Of a stretch of 64,000 nt of DNA, positions 1-12,097 are shown in pieces (positions within the stretch are counted from its first letter, which is position 1; each line of letters opens with the position of its first letter). Location: NCBI GenBank assembly GCA_951406725.2, contig OX597818.1, forward strand, positions 109,492,001-109,556,000. Direction: 5' to 3'. A model generated the notes under the pieces. It was given only the letters and a program-made list of their open reading frames with translations. It searched no databases and had not been told where the DNA came from. Position numbers and translations under genes: made by a program. The DNA is from Octopus vulgaris (Eukaryota).

Positions 1-724
1 ATGGCTTACTGCAATTTCCTTCCATCACTTGTGTCACAATGTAGATATTGAAAAAAAAGTTTTAATAAGTAGAACAGAAGACAAGAACACTGTTTCCATC
101 GAAGAAATGGCAGTGTTCAATATGCAGAAAAGAAATAGACAAGAAATCCAGCAGTGTGCACAAGGTGAATACAGAGTGCACCAGATGTGCAAATACATAC
201 ACATATATACATGCACGCATGCACACACACACACACTCATATAGATCTAGATATAAATATTAGAAAAGGCATAAATAATGGGATTTGCATATTCATTTTG
301 TGCATCATAGACTTACAGCTGTTTCTAATATGCATTTTAGGTGCATACACAGTTCTGTTTACTCAAATCTGGAACCACCAGGTTCCTCTCAACCTGTGTA
401 ATGTAACTTCTCAACAATTGTTACAATCCTTTTTTAATGATAATTCTTTTCATGTCCTTTTTACAATCCTCTCTCTCCTTTTGAAATAACCCTTTCTAAT
501 TTTTCTCTGCCACAGGCTCCTCTCTACTTCCTTTAAATAATTTTTTTTGACAATGCTTTTTTAATCTTCTCTACCTTTTGACATAATCCTTCCTATTTTA
601 CATACTCTTCCACACTCAACTGCTTTTTCTTTTGGATATTATACCTAATCTCTTTATTTTTTCCCCCATTTTCTTATCAACCTTGTAACTTTTCATCTGA
701 CCTTGCACCCAATTTAATTTAAAT

Positions 725-915
725 ACCGGTGCCACATAAACACACCTGTACTGGTGCTGCATAAGAGCATCCAGTACAAGCTGTAAAGCGGCTGGCATCA
801 GGAAGAGCATCCAGTCATAGAAATCATGCCAAAACAGACATAGAGCCTAGGTAGCTGGCCAGCTCATGTCAAACCATCCAACCCATGCCAGCATGGAAAG
901 TGAATGATGATGATG
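725..915 (+). mobile_element. RTE-LINE 3' tail fragment (most abundant repeat family in the window)
   Basis: GGTGCCACATAAA...GGAAGAGCATCCAG...CCAACCCATGCCAGCATGGAAAG..(GAT)n. Other copies near 3030, 5455, 8480, 9900, 13820, 21680, 23890 and 63750 (+) and 7230, 29780, 46010 and 51030 (-). Confidence 0.75.
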
Positions 916-1499
916 TTTCTACACCATTTTCTTCAGTTTTCACCCCAATTTTTTTCCATGTCTCCCTATCATTTATACCACATTCATATCCTGCTCTTGT
1001 GCAACTTCCCTCACCTCTAGCTAAGCAACTGCACTCCACACTATTAATGCAGCTCCCCTTACAGATACCCTGGTATACATGCACAAAACACCCAACAACT
1101 TCCTCACTCTTCCCCAAAGAACCACATTCCCACCTTGCTCTTAAAACTTTTTTTCCTTCTTCTCTCCTTTCCACCACCTTTCCCCTTTTCATCTTTCTGA
1201 TGAATGACTATTGTCCAAAACATCAAAAACCCTTTCTCTTTCCTTTCAAGCATCAGACTGATAACCTAATAATACGTTTATGAAAACTGGTCCCTTTAGT
1301 TGGGTTTTTCTTCTTTTTACTCATTTATCATATATACATATGTCTGTGGTGGGGGTCAGTAGATAGGTAGGTCATTAGGTAGTCAGATACATATACATAC
1401 ATCTATACATATATTCATACATATTAACATTTGTTTTTATGTCCATTTACAAAAAAAACAATTTCACATTAATTTCATGGGTTACTCTATACTTTTGTA

Positions 1500-2067
1500 G
1501 AATACAAATTTATTATTCTTAAACAAGAATGTTGTTGACAGTAACTTCAAAGTTTCGGCTAGCTAAGCCATTGTTGGACTGTGATGCATTAGAGTTAATT
1601 TTGCTTTTATATATAGTCTCTGTTGAGTCAAAATCTTCTTTGGCTGTGTGGGTTTGAATGGGGTAGTAATTAGGTTTTTATTGTTGGTTGCATGGAGGGG
1701 TGTTTTGGAGAAATTTTAAGAGATTAAATTTTGGGTTATGTTATTGTTTAGATTTCATTTCTGGATTTGGTTTGCAAGATTCTTTATATGAGTTCATGTG
1801 TTGAAGCATATTCTGTTGTGTCTGGGGAGAGTCGTTTTCTTTTTGTGCCTTATAATGTAACACACTCACTGGTAAAATTTCCACTTTTTTCTTATTTTTA
1901 TTTTCCTAATATTTTCGTTGCATCTTGCAACTTTTAATGGACAGAGTCAAGACTATCGAAAAGGTTGCAAGACGCAACGAAAATTTTAGGAAAATAAAAA
2001 TAAGAAATAAGTGGAAATTTTACCGGTGAGTGTGTTACATAATAAGGCACAAAAAGAAAATGACTCT
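1500..2067. mobile_element. Penelope-like element remnants with a decayed hammerhead and an inverted (fold-back) segment
   Basis: Hammerhead-like fold at 1538-1582 (-); inverted arms 1828-1935 and 1959-2067; second family copy at 47915-48121. Confidence 0.6.
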
Positions 2068-2329
2068 AAACATCCCGCCTCACACTCTTACAAAACATTC
2101 CCCTCAGTACCTTGTTGGTGTGACCCAGTTTCTCCTTGCTTTTCTAACTGGGGTAGCCAAGTATTTCTATAGTAAGACCCCTACATCTATCCCTTTCTTA
2201 TACTTTAACCTCTCAACCAGCACAAAGTCATCTCCCTCAATACCATTCCCTCTCCCACCCAAGGGGTCTTTGTCTTACAAGTTACTTGGCAACCCTGCTG
2301 GAGCTTGTGTCACATAAAAAGCACCCAGT

Positions 2330-2675
2330 ACCCTGGGTGTTCAGACTAAATTTGATATTTTTTTTATCAAATAGTTTAATGTATTGGTAAGCAAAAAGAT
2401 TAAAGTTGTAAAGGAAGAAAAGGTAGCTGACATGGAGGACTGGAAACCATTTGAATATTGGAAAAGAGTTACCTGTATCATGATTCATACCAGATATCAA
2501 AATGCTGATATCATGTCTGTTGCTCAATGCTTCGTGAGACAGGACATGGGCAACAGCAACTGAGACTAAGTAGCCGTGTCCAGAAAGCAAGGGCACAGCA
2601 GGTGTTCTGACTGCATGTGCATGTCGGAATTCATGCAGCAATTGCAAGACAAGGTGAAGGAAGCCCCAAGCAAGG
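2330..2675 (+). mobile_element. Tc1/mariner-superfamily transposase N-terminal remnant
   Basis: Broken frames MEDWKPFEYWKRVTCIMIHTRYQNADIMSVAQC and RKQGHSRCSDCMCMSEFMQQLQDKVKEAPSK resemble the HTH region of IS630/Tc1-type transposases. Confidence 0.5.
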
Positions 2676-4319
2676 GAAATGGAAACTGCAAGAAACCCAT
2701 TTTATGTTTATGTGTACCCTTGAAATTATATGATTGTTGTAAACATACATCACCATCATATAAGCAAAACTGCTCATTTCCAGTCTTCTCTGAAAAATAT
2801 ATCTGGCCATGGGGAAGTATTACCTTGCCTGGAAATGAGAGAGGGTTAACAACAGAAAGGGAATCTGGGTGTAGAAAAACTCTGCCTCAATGAATTCCAT
2901 CCGACCAATGTAAGCATGGAAAAGTGGACATCAAAATGAGGATAATGGTGATTATGACTAATAAGCTAAAACTTCAAATCATTGTGTTTTCTTTGCAAAA
3001 GTTTTATATATACATATACATATATACATATGGCTGGTACCACATTAAAAGCACTAGTGATGGTGCCACATAAAAAGCACCCAGTACACGCTGTCAAATA
3101 GCTAGCATTAGGAAGGACATCCAGCCATAGTAACCATGCCAAGACAGACTATGGAAACTGGTGCAACCCCTGTCAAACCAACCAACCTATACCAGCATGG
3201 AAAACAGACATTAAAGGATTTCCCTCTCTCTCACACACACACACAAACAAACACGCATTCAGAATCTATAATTCAGCCAAAATAGCAATCAACAGGCTCG
3301 ACTTTCTGTTCTCTTTGTTAGCTACCCTCCAGATCAGTCAAGTCTAATCCATGCCTAAGATAACAACATGAAACTTGACAGCCATGGGTTTGTTTCACCA
3401 TTTATATTAAAGACAGAACTGTTTTAAATTCTTTAAATTTCTCAAAGGAAAACTGAGAGAATAATTCAAAATGAGAATAGGCTTAACAGAAAACACAACA
3501 CTGGAACAAAGGATTGTTGAAAGAATCAGAAATTCTCAGAAAGATAAAAATGTTTCTGATAATGACTGCTGAAAGGCAAAAGTAGAAGAAAATAGAGAAA
3601 GATTTCTCATTTTCTCTAAGAAAAAAAAAATAGTTCAAAAGAAGTAAATCTAATTAAAAGAAACAAAAAGAAAAAAGAATACAAAGAATACAAACTAGCT
3701 TTAGATAATTAGTATTTTGTAATTCTATTAAACAGAAAATCTTTTAAGAAAGTCAAGAATATTTTCATGGCCATATTGGGTGTGTGATCAACAGGAACTA
3801 AGAATGAAGACATCATTCAATAAATATCCAAAAGCATAACAAAAAGGGGGTGGATGGATCAATGTGAAGACAATTCTCCAGAGAATAACCTAGAATAAAT
3901 AACAAAGCATGCAAAAGAGAAAGAAGCTTGCAGGAGAAAAATTAACGATGCCAATGAAGATTCTGTGAAACCAAAAAATATCTGAGCAAATCAAAGATTT
4001 TATAATGAAATGAATAGTTGATACAATTCAAACAGCTGATATCTACTTTCTTCTTACGTAACTAATACTATTTCTTTTGTTACACTGTGAAATTATCTGG
4101 TGTCTTATAGACAGTAGGTGAAAAAATTTAACAGAAAAGGCTATGAGATCATTAGCGACAACAGCTACATTACTACTATCTTGATAGGTAGAATTTTTAC
4201 AAAATGAGAATGCTCAAATTCCAATTTCACAGATAAATTGTGTCTTTTATCATCATCATCGTTATTTAATATCCGTCTTCCATGCTGAATGAGTTGGACA
4301 TTTTGACAGGAACTGGTCA

Positions 4320-4862
4320 AAATCAAAACCAAAATCAATTCGATGACTGGCATCTGTGCTAGCAGTGTGCAAAGAGCACCATACAAGTGTGATCATTGAC
4401 AGAGCGGCTAACCAGCTTCCGTGCCAGTGGCACATAAAAGGGCACCATTCGAGTATGATTGTTACCAGCGTCGCCTTACTAGCACTTGTGCATGTGCTAG
4501 TAGGGTGCTAATCCGAGCATGATCATTGCCAGAACAGCTAACTGGCTTCCGTACCCGTGGCACGTTAAAGGGCACCATTTGAGCGTGATCGTTACCAACA
4601 TCGCTTCACTGGCACGTGTAAAAAGATTTGTGCGAGGTCGTTGCCAGTACCGCCTGACTGACGCCCATGCCAGTGGCACGTAAAAAGCACCCACTACACT
4701 CTCGGAGTGGTTGGCGTTAGGAAGGGCATCCAGCTGTAGAAACTCTGCCAGATCAAGATTGGAGCCTGGTGCAGCCATCTGGTTCACTAGCCCCCAGTCA
4801 AAATCGTCCAACCTATGCTAGTATGGAAAGCGGACGTTAAACGATGATGATGATGATGATGA
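4320..4862 (+). mobile_element. RTE 3' UTR with degenerate ~62-nt internal tandem modules and (GAT)n tail
   Basis: Repeated GTGCCAGTGGCAC(A/G)TAAAA..GCACC modules followed by the conserved tail. Confidence 0.75.
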
Positions 4863-5799
4863 TGGTGGTGGGCCTGAGGACAGTGCCAAGCACCAATGTC
4901 TAGTTTGGCACGGTTTTAACAGCTGGAAAGCTTCCTAACGTCAACCACTTTACTGAGTAGACTGGGTGTTTATGTGGCACCAGCACTGGAGAGGTCTGCT
5001 TGCATCAAAAAGAACTTTCCACCATTGTAGAAACAATGCCATTGAGCCAGAATTTACACGTGAAAAACTGTCGTGATATCATGAACTTTCTCATTTCAAA
5101 AGCGTCCTGGTTGTATTAACCTCGATCTATTTCTCAAAGACAAATAAAAAACACGTGTAAATTCTTTCACTGTAGCATCCTTGGGTCACAAATTAGATTT
5201 CTGTTATGTCAACCAGCCAAGATTTGTCTCTGTCAAAATTTGTACAACTATTTTTTTTTTCTTCCAATTCAGATAAATTTGCAATCAATGACTATGTAGT
5301 GATTGTCTCTGAGGCAACTTCTTACATACAAGCAACCACATCTTTAAATTTTCCATTCATGCCAAAAGATCTCAAACAAAACATGCTTTATTGATATTTA
5401 AAAACAAAAAAAATCAAAAGATGTTAGAAAAATCTAACATTTCAACTAAGGCAATACTGCTAGTGCCATGTTAGAAGCACTGGTGCTTTTGCCACGTACA
5501 AAGCACCCAGCACACTCTGTGAAGTGGTTGACATTCAGAAATGTATCCAGCGATAGAAACCATGCCAAAACAGATGAATGGAGCCTGACGTAGCTCTCCA
5601 GGTGGCCAGCTCCTGTCAAAGTGTCTAACACATGCCAGCATGGAAAACAAACATTAAATTATAATAATGAAAACAGTTACTCGGTCACTGCAACAGCTCA
5701 CCTAGCACCTACACAACAATAGTCTGCCTAAACAATGTTGTGATAATTTGCTTCACATTATACACACGACATTTTGTTCAGACAATGTTTTTTTGTTTT

Positions 5800-6027
5800 T
5801 TTTACTACCCACAAGGGGCTAAACACAGAGAGGACAGGCAAGAACAGACAAACAGATTAAGTTGATTACATCGAGCCCAGTGGGTAACTGGTACTTAATT
5901 TATCGACCCCGAAAGGATGAAAGGCAAAGTCGACCTCGGCGGAATTTGAACTCAGAACCTAACGGCAGACGAAATACGGCTACGCATTTCGCCCGGTGTG
6001 CTAACATTTCTGCCAGCTCGCCACCTT
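5800..6027 (-). mobile_element. tRNA-derived SINE with Meta-type central domain
   Basis: A box GGCGAGCTGG, B box GTTCAAATTCC, core GCCTTTCATCCTTTCGGGGTCGATAAATTAAGTACC. Further copies at ~17608, 21770, 33920, 44334, 44560, 44868, 45095, 48890, 53280, 55930 and 61193. Confidence 0.8.
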
Positions 6028-7670
6028 CTGGAAAACAAACATTAAATTATATTAATGAAAACAGTTACTTGGTCGCTGCAACAGCTCACGTAGCTCCTTC
6101 ACAACAATAGTCTGCTTAAACAATGTTGTGATAATTTGCTTCATATTATACACACATGACATTTTGTTCAGACAATGTATAATGCAAAGAGACTTTTACT
6201 TTTGATTGTAAAACATAGTAGAAGTGTGGAATTAAGTTTTAGGTAAGTTTAAAAGTACCAGTGAGACAGCCTTAGTCAAGTTAAAATTTTATGAAATCAA
6301 ACAAGCAAATGAGCTCACATACAAGCTGAGTGCTACATCATTAGGGTATTAGAGATTCAAAGAGGTTTTTAATATCTGATCACCTAAAAGAAAAGGGATA
6401 ATCTTTGATCAAATGAAACTAAAGAATCTTTGACATATAGAAGAAAAGGGGAGCAAAAGTCGCAAGTGGAAGAGTCACTGTTGCGGCACCAGATGTTGTA
6501 TTTAGCTCTTATCAATGAAAGCAACACAAAATTATACAACATAAAAGAAATCATGAAGATCTGATAGCATCACTACATATCCAAATCTATTTCAATCACG
6601 CATTGGTAGCAAACTTTTGGCTCTCAACAGTCTTGAAGATAACCATTCAGAACATCACTCCGTTCAGTATAATATATATCAAATACTAATATTACATCCA
6701 ATTATTAGATAGTACATCTTGATGCAATTTGACAGCTAAAAAACTAAATATCATGCATATGTGTGTGTATGTTAGCTTTATATATGCACATATATTTATA
6801 TATATATATACATACACATTCGTATGCACACACAAACACACACATATATAATGCAGAGAGAGAGATAAAAGCAAACATGGTGTGAGTTAACAGAATTTGT
6901 TACAATATGATCTCCCGTTCAATTTCCATTATATTTTCCCTCACATGTGCAACAATTGTCTGTTACTTTCTACAACAAAAAGCAATAATGCACACAATGA
7001 AGTTTCGAATGGAACTTGCACCATGTCTTAATTCTTGCTTCATACGCTTTTTAGCTCCAAAATTTGACCGTTAGCATTTTGCACAGTACGGACCCATATG
7101 GCACTACACCAGTATGACAGTCCTATACCACCTGAAACTGAATAAACTGAACAAACCCTTTCTTATAATTCATATTAAAGGAAATTATGAACCTTATAGT
7201 TGAAGAGAGAAAATTTTAATCCCTTCCTCTATCATCATCATCATCATCATGCTGTCAGCATGCGTTGGTTGGATTGACAGGAGCTAGCAAGCCGGAGAGC
7301 TGTACCAGGCTTTGATTGTCTGTTTTGGCATGGTTTCCACAGCTGAATGGTCTTCCCAACACCAATACTTTATATGTGGCACCAGCATGGGTGCTTTTTA
7401 TGTACCCATGCTCATTTATTTATATCCTGTACAATTCATTAACATCAATCAACATGTTGATAGATTTTGCAAAATATTTTGCCTGATTTTTTTTTTTTTA
7501 TTTTTATCAAAAATTTCTTTAAGAAGTCGCTAATCATTCTTTGAGCAACAATTTCTTTTTGATGATTTAAATTTGGTGGTGATAACCTAAGTGATATATC
7601 TCTTTCTTCTGTGCACCCTCAACACTGACAGAAATCTGTCCAATATTTCATCAAGTAACTTGGACAATAT

Positions 7671-7981
7671 GGAGGTGCAATGGCCCAGTGGTTAGGGCAG
7701 CAGACTCGCGGTCGGAGGATCGTGGTTTCGATTCCCAGACTGGGCGTTGAGTGTGTTTATTGAGCGAAAACACCTAAAGCCTCATGAGGCTCCAGCAGGA
7801 GGTGGGGGTGACCCCTGTTGTACTCTTTCGCCCCAACTTTCTCTCACTCTTTCTTCATGTTTCTTGAGTAACGCAGCGATGGACTGGTGTCCCGTCCAGC
7901 TGGAGGGAACACACACGCCATAGAAACCAGGAAACCGTCCATGAGCCTAGCTAGGCTTGAAAATGGCGCATAAATAAATAA
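7671..7981 (+). mobile_element. tRNA-derived SINE (V-domain-like core) with 14-bp TSD
   Basis: A box TGGCCCAGTGG, B box GTTTCGATTCC, GATGGACTGGTGTCCCGTCCAG. TSD AACTTGGACAATAT (7657-7670) and AACCTGGACAATAT (7982-7995). Confidence 0.8.
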
Positions 7982-9834
7982 AACCTGGACAATATATTAC
8001 CCGAAGAATAGCTGAACACAACACCTTTGCCAAGCGCAGATGGTCTAGAAAGACTTTTAGGATTTAATGTGAAGCCTGTTGAGTAGCTTACAATTACCCA
8101 AACCACTATAAGTTATACACAGAACAAAAGAAAGCAGGCAACTTTGTTATTATATGAAATTTGTGCATACCTAAGCCTGTTGTTTCTGATGGAAGTATTA
8201 GCTTATCAGTAAATTTCAAAAGGCCAAGGAAAAGTATCTCTTTTGTGTGATGTTTGTATCTTTTATTTGTTTCAGTCATTAGACTGTGGCCATGCTGGGG
8301 CATCACCTTGAAGAATATTTAGCTGAATGAATTGACCCAGTACTTCATTTTTGAGTCAAAGCACTACGTTATGGGGAATGTAAACACACCAACAATGATT
8401 GTGAGAGACAAACACAGACACACTTACTCATATAAATGTGTGTGTGTGTGTGTGTGTGTGAATCGTAGTCATGGTCATTGCCACTGTTTTGTAAAGTGGC
8501 TGGCACTAGGAAGGGCATCCAGCCATAGAAACCATGCCAAAACAGACAAATGGTGCCCAGGCAGCTCTCCGGCTGGCCTGCTCCTGCCAAACCATGCCAA
8601 CATGGAAAATGGACATATGATGATGATGATGATGATTATGAATACTTACAGACTGAGTTTTTGATTTAGAAAATTTCAACACTTTAAAAATGTTAAAAGT
8701 TAGATACAGTATCACAGATGCACCGCATATCTTTTTCAACAAACCTGCATAAGTCCTTGCATAAATGCATGCATGCAATTATTTTTTCCTCCATGTATAC
8801 ATGCATGCACAAATACACATGTCTACATGCACACACTTTTACTGAAAGGTTTAAAGAGATGGCATTATTACCCATGGGCAATGAAGTGCATTCTCAGATT
8901 GCATAAATAAAAAAGAACGAGCGGTATTGGTGTAGTTAATGCTTCCAATAAGAAATTCCTGTTTGGAGGAAATACATGAAAGGATTGATATTTCCATAAT
9001 GAGGCGATCTTAGAAAAAAGTACTGAACGTAATGTATGATGTAATTATTAAAGAAACAGGCCTCAATATGTGACAAAATAAAGGAAGTTATTCTGGTTGT
9101 AATAGTCTGTAAATTACAAGAAGCAAGCCGCTGTTGCAGCAGTTATTAAAGAGACAGAAGGAGCAAAGATCTGCAGGTTCTCAATGAAAGAGAGATTGCA
9201 AATCAGAAAACAGTTTTGTTTTTATTTTATTTTCTATCTACATCATCAGCTTGGGTTTCAACCATGCCAAATGTTGGTCCAAAATAACCTTTATGATGAT
9301 GTAAAACCCATTAAGTGTTATTTTTCTTTCCCTTCAACTTTTCCTTTGAGTTTTGATCAATACAATCACCCAAAAAACTAATTTGTATGCAGAACAAAAG
9401 GGAACAGTCAAACTTGTTCCTATGTGCATACCTGAGTAAGTTGTTTTTGATGGAAATAACAGCTTATCTGTAAAGAATAAACTGCAAAAAAAGATCAGGA
9501 GCCAACAACTACACTTATTGGTTGTGTGTGCCTTGCCAATGAGGTTCAACATTCCCACCACTTGCGAAGAGGCTTGCCAGTACACGGAAGTTTTTTCACC
9601 CATCTGCAGTTGTCCATTTTAATTAAATGCATAACTTGTTACTCTTCAGCTGCACACACTGAGTGATGACTTTAGTTGTGAACCACTTTTCCAAATCATT
9701 TGCACTGCTTTCCATCCAAAATAATATGTATTGCACATCTAATGAATTATACTCAACTTGTTTCGTTCCAGTCACTACAGATGTTCAACAATTAATGGTC
9801 ACAACTACCGTACAACATCCCAATTCATATATGC

Positions 9835-9905
<71 letters not shown>

Positions 9906-10539
9906 CACCATCCGAATGGCCAATGCCAGTACCGCCTTGATTGGCCCCCGTGCCGGTAGCATGTAAAAATCACTAACCGAACATGATCGATACCAGGCCC
10001 TCCTGACTGGCTCTTGTGCTGGTGGCACGTAAAAAGCACCCACTATACTCTCGGAGTGGTTGGCATTAAGAAAGACATCCAGCTGTAGAAACATCGCCAG
10101 ATCAGATTGGAGCTTGGTGCAACTGCAGGCTCTCCAGACCTCAGTCAAACCGTCCAACCCATGCCAGCATGGAAAACGGATGTTAAACGATGATAATATA
10201 TATTTATGGTGGTGGATTCTCCCGTCGAAGATGACGAATGAGCATTCAGCTTTTTACAAACAACCTGCACAGATGAATTGCCTGTAGTGATCAAATGTTC
10301 ATACCGCACATTAGCTCACTCTCTTTATCAAATCGACATTGTCTGAACAGGTGCACTGTGTGCCACACGTCAGGTGTCAAAGTGATCAAAAAAGCAACAT
10401 GAGATGAAGTGTTTTGCTCAAGAACACAACACATCACCCAGTCTAGGAATTGAAACCATTATCTCACAATTGTGAGTCCAACACCCTAACCACTAGGTCA
10501 TGTACCCTCACACACACATGCAGACAAAATTTTACTCAT

Positions 10540-11200
10540 TGCTGAAACCAGACCAGCTGCTGACAGAGCTGAAAACTCAGAGCTTAGCTGTAGATCTTAA
10601 AATTAGCCACATGGAAACAAAATATATGCAGTTGGAAGATGTAGCACAAATCTGAATAAAGGTGGAAAGCAATGAAGTTGAGGAAGTAAAGAAGGAGGAT
10701 GTCTACATCAGGGCACACAATGAATATGTGCAGAGATACAGAAATCTCAAAAAGAATATGGGTAAGATGGAAGACATTTAACTCAGTAAAGGATGTGCTC
10801 CAAACAATGCCAAATGTGCCAGATTCTTCAATAGCACCATCCTACCTGTGTTCTTATATGCAAGTGAGACATGGACTACTACAAAGAGGATAGAACATTG
10901 ATTGGTTGAGACGCAGAGGGCCATGGAGAGATACATGCTAGGAATATCACTAAGAGAGCACATTTAAAATGAGGTAATTCTAGAATGGAGCAGAGTACCA
11001 AAAGCACAAGTTTCACAGGGCCAGACATGCTGCAAGGTTCACAGACCACAGATGGACCCATGCAGGAGATTGGAAACGGTCATTTGGAATGCGTGCACAT
11101 CAATGGGGAGACAATTTAGTCAAGCAATTTGGGACAAGAGGGAAAAGAATGGCACAATCAAGACAAAACTGGAAACATTGTGACCAGGTGTGTAACAGCA
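10540..11200 (+). mobile_element. Decayed RTE-clade LINE, C-terminal RT region
   Basis: Frameshifted pieces EISKRIWVRWKTFNSVKDVL, YASETWTTTK, QRAMERYMLGISLREHI, ARFTDHRWT. Confidence 0.75.
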
Positions 11201-11230
11201 TTTCATGGACTGGCTGTGATTGATACCATG

Positions 11231-11269
<39 letters not shown>

Positions 11270-12097
11270 AAATCAAACCAAATCAAAATAGATGAACATC
11301 AATGGAATTTGTATCTTTGTGGTTCCAGTACCGGTGGCACACAAGAAAACCATCCGATCGTGGCCGTTCGCCAGCCACATCTGGCACCTGTGTCGGTGGC
11401 ACATAAAGACACCATCCGAAGACCCGGCGACGTAGACAGTCCACCTGTGCATACCTTCCTTCTTGTGACACTTGTGAAGACCTGTTGAGGCAAGTGAAAA
11501 TCAAATCAAATCAAATCAAAACAAATCAAAATAGATGAACATAAATGGAATTTGTATCTTTGTGGTACCAGTGCCGGTGGCACACAAGAAAATCATCCGA
11601 ACGTGGCCGTAGCCAGTACCGCATAGACTGGCCTCCGTGCTTTGGGGATGTAACAAACACCATCCGATCGTGGCCGTCCGCCAGCCTCATCTGGCACCTG
11701 TGTCGGTGGCACATAAAAACACCATCCGAGCGTGGCCGTCTGCCAGCCTCGTCTGGCACCTGCCAGCCTCATCTGGCACCTGTGTCGGTGGCACATAAAA
11801 ACACCATCCGAGCGTGGCCGTCTGCCAGCCTCGTCTGGCACCTGTGTCGGTGGCACATAAAAACACCATCCGAGCGTGGCCGTTCGCCAGCCTCGTCTGG
11901 CACCTGTGTCGGTGGCACATAAAATCACCCACTACACTCTCGGAGTGGTTGGCGTTAGGAAGGGCATCCAGCTGTAGAAACACTGCCAGATCTGACTGGC
12001 CTGGTGCAGCCTTCGGGCTCCCCAGACCCCAGTTGAACCGTCCAACCCATGCTAGCATGGAAAACGGACGCTAAATGATGATGATGATGATGATGAT
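11270..12097 (+). mobile_element. RTE 3' UTR with expanded ~60-nt minisatellite
   Basis: Near-identical GCCAGCCTCGTCTGGCACCTGTGTCGGTGGCACATAAAAACACCATCCGAGCGTGGCCG units, then the conserved tail and (GAT)n. Confidence 0.8.

Noticed and set aside
5000-5400. hAT transposase remnant on the minus strand (GMNGKFKDVVACM*EVASETITT)
   Set aside because: Only a short degenerate resemblance; not enough to call
7671-7745. tRNA gene
   Set aside because: The A and B boxes continue into a SINE body with a tail and TSD; same for the other tRNA-like heads
11320-11930. CRISPR-like array of hairpin repeats with spacers (also 32150-32400)
   Set aside because: The spacers are homologous to each other, the array lies in an RTE 3' UTR, the context is eukaryotic and there are no cas genes
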